Part shown: piece after piece, positions 50,444 through 60,876 of the stretch
Layout of the letters: each line of letters starts with the position of its first letter
Position numbering within the stretch: position 1 is the first letter of the stretch
Source: Alphaproteobacteria bacterium
GTDB lineage: Bacteria; Pseudomonadota; Alphaproteobacteria; SP197
Length of the DNA stretch: 64,000 bases
NCBI GenBank assembly: GCA_964291415.2
Contig: OZ219920.1
Coordinates: 384,001-448,000 of the forward strand
Reading direction: 5' to 3'
Program-made: the position numbers and the translations under genes
The notes under the pieces: model-generated
Told to the model about the DNA's origin: nothing
What the model saw: only the letters and a program-made list of their open reading frames with translations
The model's database searches: none

Positions 50444-50784
50444 CAGACGGGATCGGTCTCGATTCCCATGTCGGCGAGGTGGCTCTGCAGTTCGCCGCTG
50501 ACGTACATCTCCTTCAAGATGTCGCAACCGCCCACGAACTCGCCCTTGACGTAGAGTTGCGGAATGGTCGGCCAGTCGCTGTAGGTCTTGATTCCCTCCC
50601 GGATCTCCGGTGCCTCGAGGACGTTGATCCCCTTGAAGCGCACCCCGAGGTGGGACAGGATCTGGACGGAGGCCGCCGAAAAGCCGCACATCGGGAACAC
50701 CGGCGTGCCCTTCATGAAGAGAACGACGTCGTTCCCGGAGAGTTCCCTGTCGATCTGCTGCCTTGTGTGTTCGTTCAGTGCCAT
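50443..50784 (-). CDS. grxD: Monothiol glutaredoxin Grx4
   Basis: LFMKGTPVFPMCGFS, WPTIPQLY, GGCDI. Confidence 0.95.
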   Translation of the reverse strand: MALNEHTRQQIDRELSGNDVVLFMKGTPVFPMCGFSAASVQILSHLGVRFKGINVLEAPEIREGIKTYSDWPTIPQLYVKGEFVGGCDILKEMYVSGELQSHLADMGIETDPV

Positions 50785-50858
50785 GGTGTCGGTCTCCTTC
50801 GAAGCGTCGTCTTGTGCCGTGTCCGGCGGTTACATTACGGCAAGCGGCGTGCCAATGG

Positions 50859-51095
50859 CTACTGGTCCGGTGTGCGCGTGGTGAGTGCCAGGGCATGCAG
50901 CTCACCACCCATCTTTCCCTTGAGCGCCCGGTAGACCAGCTGGTGCTGCTGCACCCGTGTCTTTCCGGCGAAGGCGCCGCTGACGACGGTGGCGGCATAG
51001 TGGTCGCCGTCGCCACGCAGATCCTCGATCTCGATCGAGGCATCGGGGAAGGCCTCGAGAATGAGATGTTCGATTTCCGCAGCACTCATGGCCAT
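50859..51095 (-). CDS. BolA/IbaG-family protein
   Basis: DLRGDGDHY, RVQQHQLVY, LHALAL. Confidence 0.92.
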   Translation of the reverse strand: MAMSAAEIEHLILEAFPDASIEIEDLRGDGDHYAATVVSGAFAGKTRVQQHQLVYRALKGKMGGELHALALTTRTPDQ

Positions 51096-53290
51096 CAGGA
51101 TGTCTCCCCCGCGCCGGCCATGGTGTCCGGCAACCAGCGCTCGTGGACCGTTCGGACACTCTCAATCGATATGGGCCGGCCGTCATCGACTGTCAACACG
51201 TCGCCGCCGGTGCGCCCCAGAACCGCGCACGCGACACCGGCGTCGTCGGCCGCGGCGGCGATCGCCTTCCCGGCGCAAGGCGAGGAGACGACATAGCGCC
51301 CCTGATCCTCGCCGAACCAGAAGGCGTGGGCGGCAACCGATGCGTCGGGCCGCCTGACCGAGAAACCGATGCCCGAGGCCAGGGCCATCTCGGCGAGGGC
51401 GACGAGAAGACCGCCATCCGAGACATCGTGGCACGTGGCGAGGCCGAGGTCGCGGACCAGGCCGAGAACGAGTTCGCCGGTGCGCCGTTCGGCGTCGAGG
51501 TCGACAGGCGGCGGCGGGCCGTCTTCCGCGCCGGTGATTTCGCGCAGCCACAGGCTGGCGCCGAGGTGACCCGACGTGTCGCCGAGGAGATGGATGGTCT
51601 CGTCGGCGCCGCCGAAGGCAAGGGATGCCATGCGGTCGAGATCGTCGATGAGGCCGATGGCGCCGATGGTCGGCGCCGGCTGGACCGCCTCTCCCCGGGT
51701 CTCGTTGTAGAACGAGACGTTGCCGGAGACGACCGGCATGGCGAGCGCCCGGCTGGCCTCGGCAATGCCGTTGACCGATCCGACGAAGGTTCCCATGACG
51801 GCGGGAGATTCCGGGTTCCCGAAATTGAGGCAGTCGGTCACGGCAAGCGGTCGGGCGCCGACGGCGACGAGGTTGCGCCATGCCTCGGCCACCGCCTGGC
51901 GGCCGCCCGCCTCGGGGTCGGCTTCGCAATAGCGGGGCGTGGCATCGGCGGTCATGGCCAGACCCCGGTCCCCGGGAAGCTCGATGACCGCGGCATCGCC
52001 GCCAGGCGGGGCAACGGTGCGGCCCATGACCAGATGGTCGTACTGTTCCCAGATCCAGCGCCTCGATGCGAGGTCGGGGCAGCCTGCAAGAGTGAGGAGC
52101 GCCGCTTCCACGGTCACCGGAGATGCGGGAACGCCGACCGGCGGGCGCGGTTCGGGAAGGGTCCAGGGACGCTCGTAGAGAGGTGCCTCGTGGGCCAGGG
52201 GGCCGATCGCGATATCGGCCTCGACACGGCCGTTCATGGTGACCACGAGGCGCCCGGTCGTCGTGATGCGGCCGATCGGTGCACAGTCGAGGTCCCACTT
52301 GTCGAAGATTCCGCGGGCATGTTCCAGGGCATGCTCGTGAATCACCATCAGCATGCGCTCCTGGCTCTCCGAGAGCATCATCTCGTAGGCCGTCATGCCG
52401 GTCTCGCGCTGTGGCACGGCGTCGAGATCGAGGTCGATGCCTGTCCCGCCCCGGGCGGCCATTTCTACGGCGGAAGACGTCAGTCCGGCCGCTCCCATGT
52501 CCTGGATGGCGATGATCGACTCCGAGGCCATGAGTTCGAGGCACGCCTCGAGGAGGAGTTTCTCGGTGAAGGGATCGCCGACCTGCACGGTCGGTCGTTT
52601 CGCCTCGGCTTCGTCATCGAACCCGGTCGACGCCATGCTGGCGCCGTGGATGCCGTCGCGGCCGGTCTTGGAGCCGACATAGATGACGGGGGCGCCGGGC
52701 TTGCTGGCCGCTGCGTAGAAGATGCGATCCGCCGGCGCGATGCCCACGCACATCGCGTTGACGAGATTGTTGCCGTTGCAGCTGGCATGGAAGGTGGTCT
52801 GGCCGCCCACCGTGGGCACGCCGGTACAGTTGCCGTAGCTGCCGATGCCGCTCACCACGCCCGACACGAGATGGCGCGTGCGCGGATGCGACGGACTGCC
52901 GAAGCGCAGCACGTCGAGAAGGGCAACCGGCCTCGCACCCATGGTGAAGACGTCGCGCATGATGCCGCCGACGCCGGTGGCCGCGCCCTGGAAGGGCTCG
53001 ATGAAGCTCGGGTGATTGTGGCTTTCCATCTTGAACACGGCGGCGAGACCGTCGCCGATGTCGACGACACCGGCGTTTTCGCCGGGACCGCAGATCACCC
53101 ATGGCGCGTTCGAGGCGAGAGTCTTCAGCCAGCGCCGGCTCGACTTGTAGGAACAGTGCTCGCTCCACATGGCCGAGAAGATGCCGAGTTCCGTCAGATT
53201 GGGCTCGCGCCCCATGTGGTCCAGGACCCTCGCGTATTCGTCGGCCGTGAATCCGTGGCGCGCCGCGATGTCGGGAAGGACCGCATTCAT
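51095..53290 (-). CDS. purL: FGAM synthase subunit PurL
   Basis: MWSEHCSYKSS, KMESHNHPS, QDMGAAG, SESQERM, DCLNFGNP, HDVSDGG. Confidence 0.97.
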   Translation of the reverse strand: MNAVLPDIAARHGFTADEYARVLDHMGREPNLTELGIFSAMWSEHCSYKSSRRWLKTLASNAPWVICGPGENAGVVDIGDGLAAVFKMESHNHPSFIEPFQGAATGVGGIMRDVFTMGARPVALLDVLRFGSPSHPRTRHLVSGVVSGIGSYGNCTGVPTVGGQTTFHASCNGNNLVNAMCVGIAPADRIFYAAASKPGAPVIYVGSKTGRDGIHGASMASTGFDDEAEAKRPTVQVGDPFTEKLLLEACLELMASESIIAIQDMGAAGLTSSAVEMAARGGTGIDLDLDAVPQRETGMTAYEMMLSESQERMLMVIHEHALEHARGIFDKWDLDCAPIGRITTTGRLVVTMNGRVEADIAIGPLAHEAPLYERPWTLPEPRPPVGVPASPVTVEAALLTLAGCPDLASRRWIWEQYDHLVMGRTVAPPGGDAAVIELPGDRGLAMTADATPRYCEADPEAGGRQAVAEAWRNLVAVGARPLAVTDCLNFGNPESPAVMGTFVGSVNGIAEASRALAMPVVSGNVSFYNETRGEAVQPAPTIGAIGLIDDLDRMASLAFGGADETIHLLGDTSGHLGASLWLREITGAEDGPPPPVDLDAERRTGELVLGLVRDLGLATCHDVSDGGLLVALAEMALASGIGFSVRRPDASVAAHAFWFGEDQGRYVVSSPCAGKAIAAAADDAGVACAVLGRTGGDVLTVDDGRPISIESVRTVHERWLPDTMAGAGETS

Positions 53291-53961
53291 GACAGGCTGT
53301 CGACAATGCCCTGGAAGAGGGGCAGGGCGTCCCGGCTCTGCTGGCGGGGTCCGGTGGCATCCTCGGGGTGCGGCATCATGCCCAGGACATTGCCGGCCTG
53401 GTTGATGATGCCGGCGATGTCGCCGGTGCTGCCGTTGGGATTGCCTGTGCCGCGGCCATCCGGGACATAGCGGAAGACGACGCGGTCCTCATCCTCGAGC
53501 CTCCGGGCGAGGTCCGGATCGGCAAAGTAGTTGCCGTCCCCGTGGGCCACCGGAACCCGGATGATGTCGCCCACGCCGAGATGTCCGCTCAGGCGACAGC
53601 GCCTTTCGAGGCGCAGGCGAACGGTCCGGCACACGAATCGCAGCCCGGCATTCCTCAGGAGCGCACCGGGGAGGAGCCCCGCCTCGATGAGAATCTGGAA
53701 TCCGTTGCACACGCCGAGAACCGGAACGCCGCGTCCGGCGCTTTCGACGATGGCCGCCATGACGGGCGCGCGCGCCGCCATGGCGCCGCAGCGCAGATAG
53801 TCGCCGTGGGAAAATCCTCCCGGGAGCACGACGAGATCGGCGGCAGGAAGCTCCCGGTCGCGATGCCATGCGGTGACGACCTCGGCGCCGGCCCGGCGCA
53901 GGGCGTCAGCCATGTCGGTTTCACGGTTGGTGCCTGGAAACAGGACGAGAACGGCCTTCAC
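53287..53961 (-). CDS. purQ: FGAM synthase glutaminase PurQ
   Basis: FPGTN, PGGFSHGDYLR, GVCNGFQ, MMPHPE. Confidence 0.97.
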   Translation of the reverse strand: MKAVLVLFPGTNRETDMADALRRAGAEVVTAWHRDRELPAADLVVLPGGFSHGDYLRCGAMAARAPVMAAIVESAGRGVPVLGVCNGFQILIEAGLLPGALLRNAGLRFVCRTVRLRLERRCRLSGHLGVGDIIRVPVAHGDGNYFADPDLARRLEDEDRVVFRYVPDGRGTGNPNGSTGDIAGIINQAGNVLGMMPHPEDATGPRQQSRDALPLFQGIVDSLS

Positions 53962-54027
53962 CGGTCCGGTCCCGCACCAGAGAGGGGGTGCTGACCGCTG
54001 AGATGGCCGGCCTGCGCCATGATCGGT

Positions 54028-54267
54028 TCAGACGAACTCAATTGTGTAGTCTTCGATCACCGTGTTGGCGAGCAGCTGCCGGCACATGCGGTCCACCTGC
54101 TCCCTGGCCCCGGCCTCGTCGGCGCAGGCGAGTTCGAGATCAATGACCTTGCCCTGGCGGGCATCCGTGACGCCGGCGAACCCCAGGGTCTCCAGGGCGC
54201 GGTGAATGGCCTTGCCCTGGGGGTCGAGAACACCGTCCTTGAGGGTGACGTGCACGCGGGCCTTCAA
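54028..54267 (-). CDS. purS: FGAM synthase subunit PurS
   Basis: [17 protein letters not shown]...[10 protein letters not shown]; TTG start. Confidence 0.95.
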   Translation of the reverse strand: MKARVHVTLKDGVLDPQGKAIHRALETLGFAGVTDARQGKVIDLELACADEAGAREQVDRMCRQLLANTVIEDYTIEFV

Positions 54268-55019
54268 CGTCCCGGCACCTCGGAGAGATTGTTGAGTTCG
54301 GAGAGAATCCCCAGGCGCGTCGCGACCTCGCGGTAGCCCTCGACGACATTGTCGAGATCGCGGGCGAAGCGGTCCTTGTCCATCGGTTCGTTGGTCCGGG
54401 CATCCCACAGGCGGCAGCTGTCCGGACTGATCTCGTCGGCCACCACGAGGCGCATGTCGTCCTCGTGGTAGAGACGACCGAAGGTCAGGCTGAAATCGAC
54501 GAGGCGGATGCCGACACCGGTGAAGAGCCCGGTCATGAAGTCGTTGACCCGCATGGAGAGGTGCACCATGTCGTCGATATCGTGGGTGGAGGCCCAGCCG
54601 AAGGCCGTCATGTGCTCCTCGCTCACCAGGGGGTCGGCGATCTCCTCCGAGCGAAGGTAGAACTCGATGATGGAACGCGGCAGCACGGTCCCTTCCGCGA
54701 GCGAGAACTTCTCGGCGAATTCTCCGGCGGCGATGTTGCGGACCACCACCTCGACAGGCAGCACCTCGACCTCATGGATGAGCTGCTCCCTCATGTTGAG
54801 GCGCCGCACGAAATTCGTCGGTACGCGGATCTCTGTCAGGCGGGTCATCAGGTACTCGCTGATGCGGTTGTTGATGACTCCCTTGCCGTCGATCACACCG
54901 ACTTTCCTGGATCGGCGGACCCAGGCGGAATCCTTGAAGTGCTGGACGAGGAGGCCCGGGCCCGGGCCTTCGAAGAGGTCCTTTTCCCTGCCTTCGTAAA
55001 CACACCTGCGACGAGCCAT
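54264..55019 (-). CDS. purC: SAICAR synthetase PurC with atypical active-site residues
   Basis: [39 protein letters not shown]; position in the pur operon. Confidence 0.9.
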   Translation of the reverse strand: MARRRCVYEGREKDLFEGPGPGLLVQHFKDSAWVRRSRKVGVIDGKGVINNRISEYLMTRLTEIRVPTNFVRRLNMREQLIHEVEVLPVEVVVRNIAAGEFAEKFSLAEGTVLPRSIIEFYLRSEEIADPLVSEEHMTAFGWASTHDIDDMVHLSMRVNDFMTGLFTGVGIRLVDFSLTFGRLYHEDDMRLVVADEISPDSCRLWDARTNEPMDKDRFARDLDNVVEGYREVATRLGILSELNNLSEVPGR

Positions 55020-55255
55020 GCGATGGTTCCCGTACCTGATGTGTGCCGTGACGAACCGCTTCCTACCCTAAAGTCCCGCCCTCTTCAACACAATGGACTG
55101 TGTCCACAGGAGGGATCATCCGTCACATGCTGAGAGTGCCCGGCATGACGCCACGGCGTTGATGACGGGCCGGGAAGGACGACGGTTCCAGCGGACAAGA
55201 CAGGACCCTCCCAATGGGCTTATAGTCCACGAATTGTTCGGCGAGGAAGGCTGCC

Positions 55256-55576
55256 ATGGCACTGTTTGATGATCGCGAGAAGGGTGAGGAAAGCAAGTTC
55301 GCCCGTAACGAAGACCTCAAGTTCAGGATCACGGCACGGCGCAACAAGCTGCTCGGGCTGTGGCTTGCCGGCGAACTCGGCCGCAGTGGCGAGAGTGCCG
55401 AGGCTTACGCCCGGGAGGTCATCGAGGCGGACTTCGAGCGCCCCGGTGATGACGACGTGGTCGACAAGGTGCTGGCGGACATCCGCGAAGCGGGTCTCGA
55501 CATTGACGAGCACAAGGTCAGAGCACGCCTGAAAGCCCTCGAACGGGAAGCCGAAACCCAGGTCCGGTCCGAATAG
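55256..55576 (+). CDS. DUF1476 protein (alphaproteobacterial ATP synthase zeta-like inhibitor)
   Basis: FDDREKGEESKF, ARRNKLLGLW, ADFERPGDDDV. Confidence 0.88.
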   Translation: MALFDDREKGEESKFARNEDLKFRITARRNKLLGLWLAGELGRSGESAEAYAREVIEADFERPGDDDVVDKVLADIREAGLDIDEHKVRARLKALEREAETQVRSE

Positions 55577-55591
55577 GCCCGAAGCGTCCGG

Positions 55592-56899
55592 TTACGTCGC
55601 GGCGTCGGGGACGAGCGCCCGTTCGATGATGGCGCTGGCGTGCCGCGTGAAGAAGCCGTAGTCGAAGAGGCCGTCGAGGTCCCGCGCGGCGAGGATCTCC
55701 GTGATGGCCGGATCGCCTTCCAGTCTGGCCCTGAAATCGTCACCTCCCTCCCAGGCGGCCAGGGCGTGGCGCTGCACCATGGCGTAGGCCGTCTCGCGGC
55801 CGATGCCCCTGTCGATGAGGGCCAGCAGGACCCGCTGGCTGAAGACGAGTCCCCGCGTCGCCTCGAGGTTGTCGCGCATGCGTTCGGCATGAACCACGAG
55901 GCCTTCGACGACACCGGCGAGCCGGTGAAGGGCAAAGTCGAGGCCGATGGTGGCGTCGGGAGCGATGTTGCGTTCCACGGCGGAATGGGAGATGTCGCGT
56001 TCGTGCCACAGGGCGACGTTCTCCAGGGCCGGCACCACCGTCGAGCGCACGAGGCGCGCCAGGCCCGTCAGGTTTTCCGAGAGCACGGGGTTCTTCTTGT
56101 GCGGCATGGCCGAACTGCCCTTCTGTCCGGCGGCGAAGGCCTCCTCGACCTCGCGCACCTCGGTGCGCTGCAGGTGGCGGACCTCGACGGCGAGGCGTTC
56201 GACGGAGGTGGCCACGACGCCCAGGGCGGCGAAGAAGGCCGCGTGGCGGTCCCGCGGAATCACCTGGGACGAGACGGATTCCACCTTGAGGCCGAGCTGT
56301 TTCGCGACATGGGCCTCGACGGCCGGGTCCACCGTCGCGAACGTTCCCACCGGGCCCGAGATGGCGCAGACCGCGATTTCGTCGCGTGCCGTCTCGAGGC
56401 GCCGCTTCGCCCGGGCGAACTCCGCATGGTGGCCCGCGAGCTTGAGACCGAACGTGGTGGGCTCGGCGTGAATGCCGTGGCTGCGTCCGGCGCACAGAGT
56501 CGCGGCGTGTTCGCGGGCCCGCCGTGCGAGGGCGTCGAGCAGGTGGTCCGTGTCGGCGATGAGGAGCGTGGCGGCATCCTTCAGCTGCACCGCCAGGGCG
56601 GTGTCGAGGACATCGGAGGAGGTCATGCCCTGATGCAGCCAGCGGGCCTCGTCGCCCACCTGTTCGGTCACGCTCGTGAGAAAGGCGATGACATCATGGC
56701 GTGTCTCGCGCTCGATGTCGTCGATGCGAGCGACATCGATGCGGCCACGCTCCCGTGCGGCCTGCGCCACGCCTGCCGGAATGGTGCCGGCAGCTTCCAT
56801 CGCCTCGGCGGCAAGGATCTCGATGTCGAGCATGATCCGGAAGCGGTTCTGCGGTTCCCACAGGGCGGCCATGGCCGGGCGGGTGTAACGGGGAATCAT
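55592..56899 (-). CDS. purB: Adenylosuccinate lyase
   Basis: MIPRYTR, RSHGIHAEPTTFG, GSSAMPHKKNP, WHERDISHS. Confidence 0.97.
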   Translation of the reverse strand: MIPRYTRPAMAALWEPQNRFRIMLDIEILAAEAMEAAGTIPAGVAQAARERGRIDVARIDDIERETRHDVIAFLTSVTEQVGDEARWLHQGMTSSDVLDTALAVQLKDAATLLIADTDHLLDALARRAREHAATLCAGRSHGIHAEPTTFGLKLAGHHAEFARAKRRLETARDEIAVCAISGPVGTFATVDPAVEAHVAKQLGLKVESVSSQVIPRDRHAAFFAALGVVATSVERLAVEVRHLQRTEVREVEEAFAAGQKGSSAMPHKKNPVLSENLTGLARLVRSTVVPALENVALWHERDISHSAVERNIAPDATIGLDFALHRLAGVVEGLVVHAERMRDNLEATRGLVFSQRVLLALIDRGIGRETAYAMVQRHALAAWEGGDDFRARLEGDPAITEILAARDLDGLFDYGFFTRHASAIIERALVPDAAT

Positions 56900-58887
56900 G
56901 TCCGTGCTCTCCGCCGGCGCCGCCCCGTTCCTGCTTGCTGCGCCGACGCCTTGCGCCGGGGGAGAGAGACGACCTCGGAAAGGCAGGGATAGGCGGCCGT
57001 CCTGTGGGGGAGCGCCATGGCATCGACGAAGTGCTCCTGAAACTTCGGCTCCACCGCGGTCTCGATCTTCTCGATACGCCGCACCTCCCGTTCGAGTTCC
57101 TTTCTGAGGGCGCCGTTGAGCAGGGCAATGCGCGCGCCGGTTCCGGCGGCGTTGCCGGCCGAACCGGTGTTTTCGAGGGGGCAATCGGGAATCAGGCCGA
57201 GGACCATCGCATGGCGCGTGTCGATATGGCTGCCGAAGGCGCCGGCCAGGGTGACGCGATCGACCGTGTCCACGCCCATGTGATCCATCAGCAGCCGGGC
57301 GCCGGCATAGAGCGCACCCTTGGCGAGCTGGATCTGCCGGATGTCATTCTGGGTGACGACGATGGGTGACGTTCCCTGGTGGAGGACATAGGCGAAGGTG
57401 CGGTCCTGCGGGATGATGCGCGGCGTGCGGCCGGCCATGGCGCCGTCAATGATCCCGTCCTCCGTGAGCAGCCCGGCGAGGTACATCTCGGCCAGAAGCT
57501 CGATGATACCCGATCCGCAGATTCCCGTCGGTTCGCCGGCAAAGCCCGCCTCGTTCGACCAGTGTTCGTCGCCGATCACCCGGAATGCCGGTTCCAGGGT
57601 TTCGGCATCGATCCGCACCCGCTCGATGGCACCCGGTGCGGCGCGTTGTCCGGAACTGATCTGGGCCCCCTCGAAGGCGGGCCCGGTGGGAGAGGAGGCG
57701 GCCAGCAGCCGCTTGCGGTTGCCAAGGATGATCTCCGCGTTGGTGCCCACGTCGACGATGAGCGTCATCTCGTCGTTGCGGTAGGGCATTTCGGCCAGCA
57801 GGACGCCGGCCGCATCGGCGCCGACATGGCCGGCGATGCAGGGAAGCACGTAGATGCGGCTGCCCGGATTGAGCTCGAGTCCGATATCGCTGGCCAGCAT
57901 GATCGTCGCATCGTCGGTGGCGAGCGCGAAGGGAGCGAAGCCCAGCGGTGTGGGATCGAGACCCAGGACCAGGTGGTGCATCACCGGATTGCCGGCGATG
58001 GTGACCTCGAGGATGTCCTCGAGATCGACACCCGCTTCGGCTGCCGTCTCGCCGGCAAGTTCATTGAGCGCCGTGCGCACGACGTCCGTCATGGCCGCCG
58101 CGCCGTCCTCGTTCATCATCGCGTAGGACACGCGGCTCATCAGGTCCTCGCCAAAGCGGATCTGCGGGTTCATGCGCCCCGCCGAGGCGAGAACGTCGCC
58201 CGTCTGGAGATTGCACAGATGGGCGGCGATGGTGGTCGAGCCGACATCGATGGCAAGGCCAAAGAGCCGGTCATGGAAGCCGGGGCGGATATCGACGAGA
58301 CGCTTGCCGCGACGCACCAGCACCGTGGCCCGGTAGCTGCCCTCCTCGAGAGTGGCGTGGAGCTTCCGCAGGACATGGGCGTCGACCCCGGCGACGGTGA
58401 CGTTCCACGTCTCCTTCAGCGCCGTCTCGAGCCGGCGCAGGTGCGATGCCGGTTCGTGCATGTCCGGTTCGGCGATCTCGACATACATCGCTCTGACCAC
58501 CGGATCGACCTCGACGGCGCGGGCATCGGCGCGCTTGCGGACGATCTGCCGGTGCACCTGGCTCTCCGCCGGCACGTCCACCACAAGATCGCCGCCGATC
58601 CGGGCCTGGCACGACAACCGGCGATTGTCCTTGAGCAACCCGCTGGCCCGCTGGCGGTGTTCGGCGTCACCGAGAGGCGTGAGGTGTTCGCTCGAGGAGA
58701 CTATGCCGTGCTTGGCGAACTCCCCCTCGGCGATCCTCACCTGGCAGCGCGTGCAGATACCGCGTCCGCCGCACACCGAATCGAGGTCGACACCGAGATC
58801 GCGCGCCGCCTCCAGCAAGCCGGTGCCGCGGCGGAACCTCTTTCTCAGGCCCGAGGGCGTGAAGACGACGAGGGGGTCGTCAGCCAC
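56896..58887 (-). CDS. ASKHA-domain 2Fe-2S corrinoid reactivation protein (RACo/DUF4445)
   Basis: CGGRGICTRC...RLSC ferredoxin; DVGSTT, GEDLMSR, DVGTNAE, GPAFEG, GICGSG, IQLAKGA. Confidence 0.9.
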   Translation of the reverse strand: MADDPLVVFTPSGLRKRFRRGTGLLEAARDLGVDLDSVCGGRGICTRCQVRIAEGEFAKHGIVSSSEHLTPLGDAEHRQRASGLLKDNRRLSCQARIGGDLVVDVPAESQVHRQIVRKRADARAVEVDPVVRAMYVEIAEPDMHEPASHLRRLETALKETWNVTVAGVDAHVLRKLHATLEEGSYRATVLVRRGKRLVDIRPGFHDRLFGLAIDVGSTTIAAHLCNLQTGDVLASAGRMNPQIRFGEDLMSRVSYAMMNEDGAAAMTDVVRTALNELAGETAAEAGVDLEDILEVTIAGNPVMHHLVLGLDPTPLGFAPFALATDDATIMLASDIGLELNPGSRIYVLPCIAGHVGADAAGVLLAEMPYRNDEMTLIVDVGTNAEIILGNRKRLLAASSPTGPAFEGAQISSGQRAAPGAIERVRIDAETLEPAFRVIGDEHWSNEAGFAGEPTGICGSGIIELLAEMYLAGLLTEDGIIDGAMAGRTPRIIPQDRTFAYVLHQGTSPIVVTQNDIRQIQLAKGALYAGARLLMDHMGVDTVDRVTLAGAFGSHIDTRHAMVLGLIPDCPLENTGSAGNAAGTGARIALLNGALRKELEREVRRIEKIETAVEPKFQEHFVDAMALPHRTAAYPCLSEVVSLPRRKASAQQAGTGRRRRRART

Positions 58888-59791
58888 GGCGCCTGCGGCC
58901 CTCGCGGCGCCGCGCCCGCGCCTGGGCGATGGAATCGCCCGTTGCCCCGGCGCTCGAGTTGAGGGCGATCCACTTCCGGCAGTTGCGGTCCACGCCCATC
59001 ATCACGTCACCGGCGCGGATCGCCGTCATGATTTCGGACTCCAGCGGGTTGGTGATCGCCGATGTCATCCCGCTGGCCATGGCCATGGTGAGGAACGCGG
59101 CGTTCAGCGCCGGGCGGGCCGGCAGCCCGAAGGAGATGTTGGAGGCGCCGCAGGTGGTGTTGACCTTCAGTTCCTCGCGAAGGCGCCGGATGATGCGGAA
59201 ACTGGTGCGCCCTGCCTCGCCGATGGCGCCGATGGGCATGACCAGCGGATCGACCACGACATCGGCCGGAGGGATGCCGTAATCGGCCGCGCGTTCGACG
59301 ATCTTGCGGGCGACGTTGAAGCGTTCGTCGGGGTCCTCCGAGATTCCCGTCTCGTCGTTGGAGATGGCGACCACCGCAGCGCCGTGTTTCGCCACCAGGG
59401 GCAGCACGGATTCGAGCCGCTCCTCCTCACCGGTGACCGAATTGACCAGGGGCTTGCCGACATAGGCCTCGAGGCCCCGTTCGAGGGCGGCGACGATGGA
59501 ACTGTCGATCGACAGCGGCGCATCGGTCAGGGACTGCACGAGCCTGATGCAGTCATGGAGGATCTGCGGCTCGTCGGCGAGCGGCACGCCGGCGTTGACG
59601 TCGAGCATGTGGGCCCCGGCGGCCACCTGGGCCACGGTGTCGGATTCGACGCGGGCATAGTCGCCGTCGGCCATTTCGGCGGCAAGGCGCTTGCGGCCCG
59701 TGGGATTGATCCGCTCGCCGATGACGGTGAACGGACGGTCGAAGCCGATGACGACGGTTTTCGTCGCCGAACTGATCACGGTCTCTGTCAT
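58880..59791 (-). CDS. Methyltetrahydrofolate:corrinoid methyltransferase (pterin-binding, split MetH type)
   Basis: IGERINPTGRK, LDVNAG, LSIDSS, GASNISFGLP. Confidence 0.9.
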   Translation of the reverse strand: MTETVISSATKTVVIGFDRPFTVIGERINPTGRKRLAAEMADGDYARVESDTVAQVAAGAHMLDVNAGVPLADEPQILHDCIRLVQSLTDAPLSIDSSIVAALERGLEAYVGKPLVNSVTGEEERLESVLPLVAKHGAAVVAISNDETGISEDPDERFNVARKIVERAADYGIPPADVVVDPLVMPIGAIGEAGRTSFRIIRRLREELKVNTTCGASNISFGLPARPALNAAFLTMAMASGMTSAITNPLESEIMTAIRAGDVMMGVDRNCRKWIALNSSAGATGDSIAQARARRREGRRRRG

Positions 59792-60876
59792 GCCTTGGCC
59801 CACACCTTCCTGTGCATGTAGTCGGGGATCACGGGATGAACGGCATGCGGAGTGCGTCCCTTGAGCACATCCGACTCCGCAATGATCCAGGCGACACTCT
59901 CCTCCTGACGATAGGCCATCAGGTGTATCCCGGAAATGCCTTCGATATCGCGTATGCGCTGAATGAGTTCAACACACAGCCGCTTTCCTTCCTCTCGTGC
60001 GTCCGCCGCACGGCTCAGCCTGTCGATGACGGCGTCGGGAATGTGGACGCCGGGGACACGGGCGCGGATCCATCGCGCCGCCCGGGCCGAGGCCAGCGGT
60101 CCGACCCCCACCAGGATGAAGCACCTCTCGTGAAGCCCCAGATCGCGCACGCGCTCCATGTAGCGCTCGAGGCGGGCGATGTCGAAGCAGTACTGGGTCT
60201 GCACGAACTGTGCGCCCGCCTCGATCTTGCGCTGCAGCCGCAGAGGCCGGTAGTCGAAGGGCGGGGCGAAGGGGTTGGCGGCGGCGCCGAGAAAGAGTTC
60301 AGGCGGGTGGTCGAGACGGCGCCCCGATGCGAACGTGCCTTCATCACGCATGGTGGAGAGCATGGCGAGCGACGTCATGCAGTCGAGATCGAAGACCGGC
60401 CTCGCTTCGGGGTGATCGCCGCATTCGACGCCGTCTCCGGTCAGGCAGAGGATGTTGGTGACCCCCATCGCCGCCGCCGACAGGACATCTCCCTGGATGG
60501 CGATCCGGTTGCGGTCGCGGGCCGAGATCTGCATCACCGGCGCGTAGCCGACGCGGGTGAGAAGGGCGCACACGCCGAGACTGGACATGTGACAGTTGGC
60601 GCCGGAGCCATCGGTCGCGTTGATGGCGTCGACCCAGCCGTCGAAGATCGCCGCCCGCTCGAAGACATCCATCGGGTTTGCGGAATCGGGCGGCGAGAGT
60701 TCCGCCGTGACGGCGAACTCGCCTGCCCTCAGCACCCGTTCGAGACGGCCGCGCGACGAGTGTCCCGGCAGCCGGTCAAGGGGAGCCCCGGGATCGATGG
60801 GTCCGGGCGACTTCATTGAAGGGAATGCCGGTCCCTCGTTGAGCGGTCCGGTGCCCGGATGGCGCAGGCCCGTCAC
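59788..60876 (-). CDS. Methylenetetrahydrofolate reductase
   Basis: FAVTAELSPP, NATDGSGA, RDRNRIAIQGD, KIEAGAQFVQTQ. Confidence 0.88.
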   Translation of the reverse strand: MTGLRHPGTGPLNEGPAFPSMKSPGPIDPGAPLDRLPGHSSRGRLERVLRAGEFAVTAELSPPDSANPMDVFERAAIFDGWVDAINATDGSGANCHMSSLGVCALLTRVGYAPVMQISARDRNRIAIQGDVLSAAAMGVTNILCLTGDGVECGDHPEARPVFDLDCMTSLAMLSTMRDEGTFASGRRLDHPPELFLGAAANPFAPPFDYRPLRLQRKIEAGAQFVQTQYCFDIARLERYMERVRDLGLHERCFILVGVGPLASARAARWIRARVPGVHIPDAVIDRLSRAADAREEGKRLCVELIQRIRDIEGISGIHLMAYRQEESVAWIIAESDVLKGRTPHAVHPVIPDYMHRKVWAKA

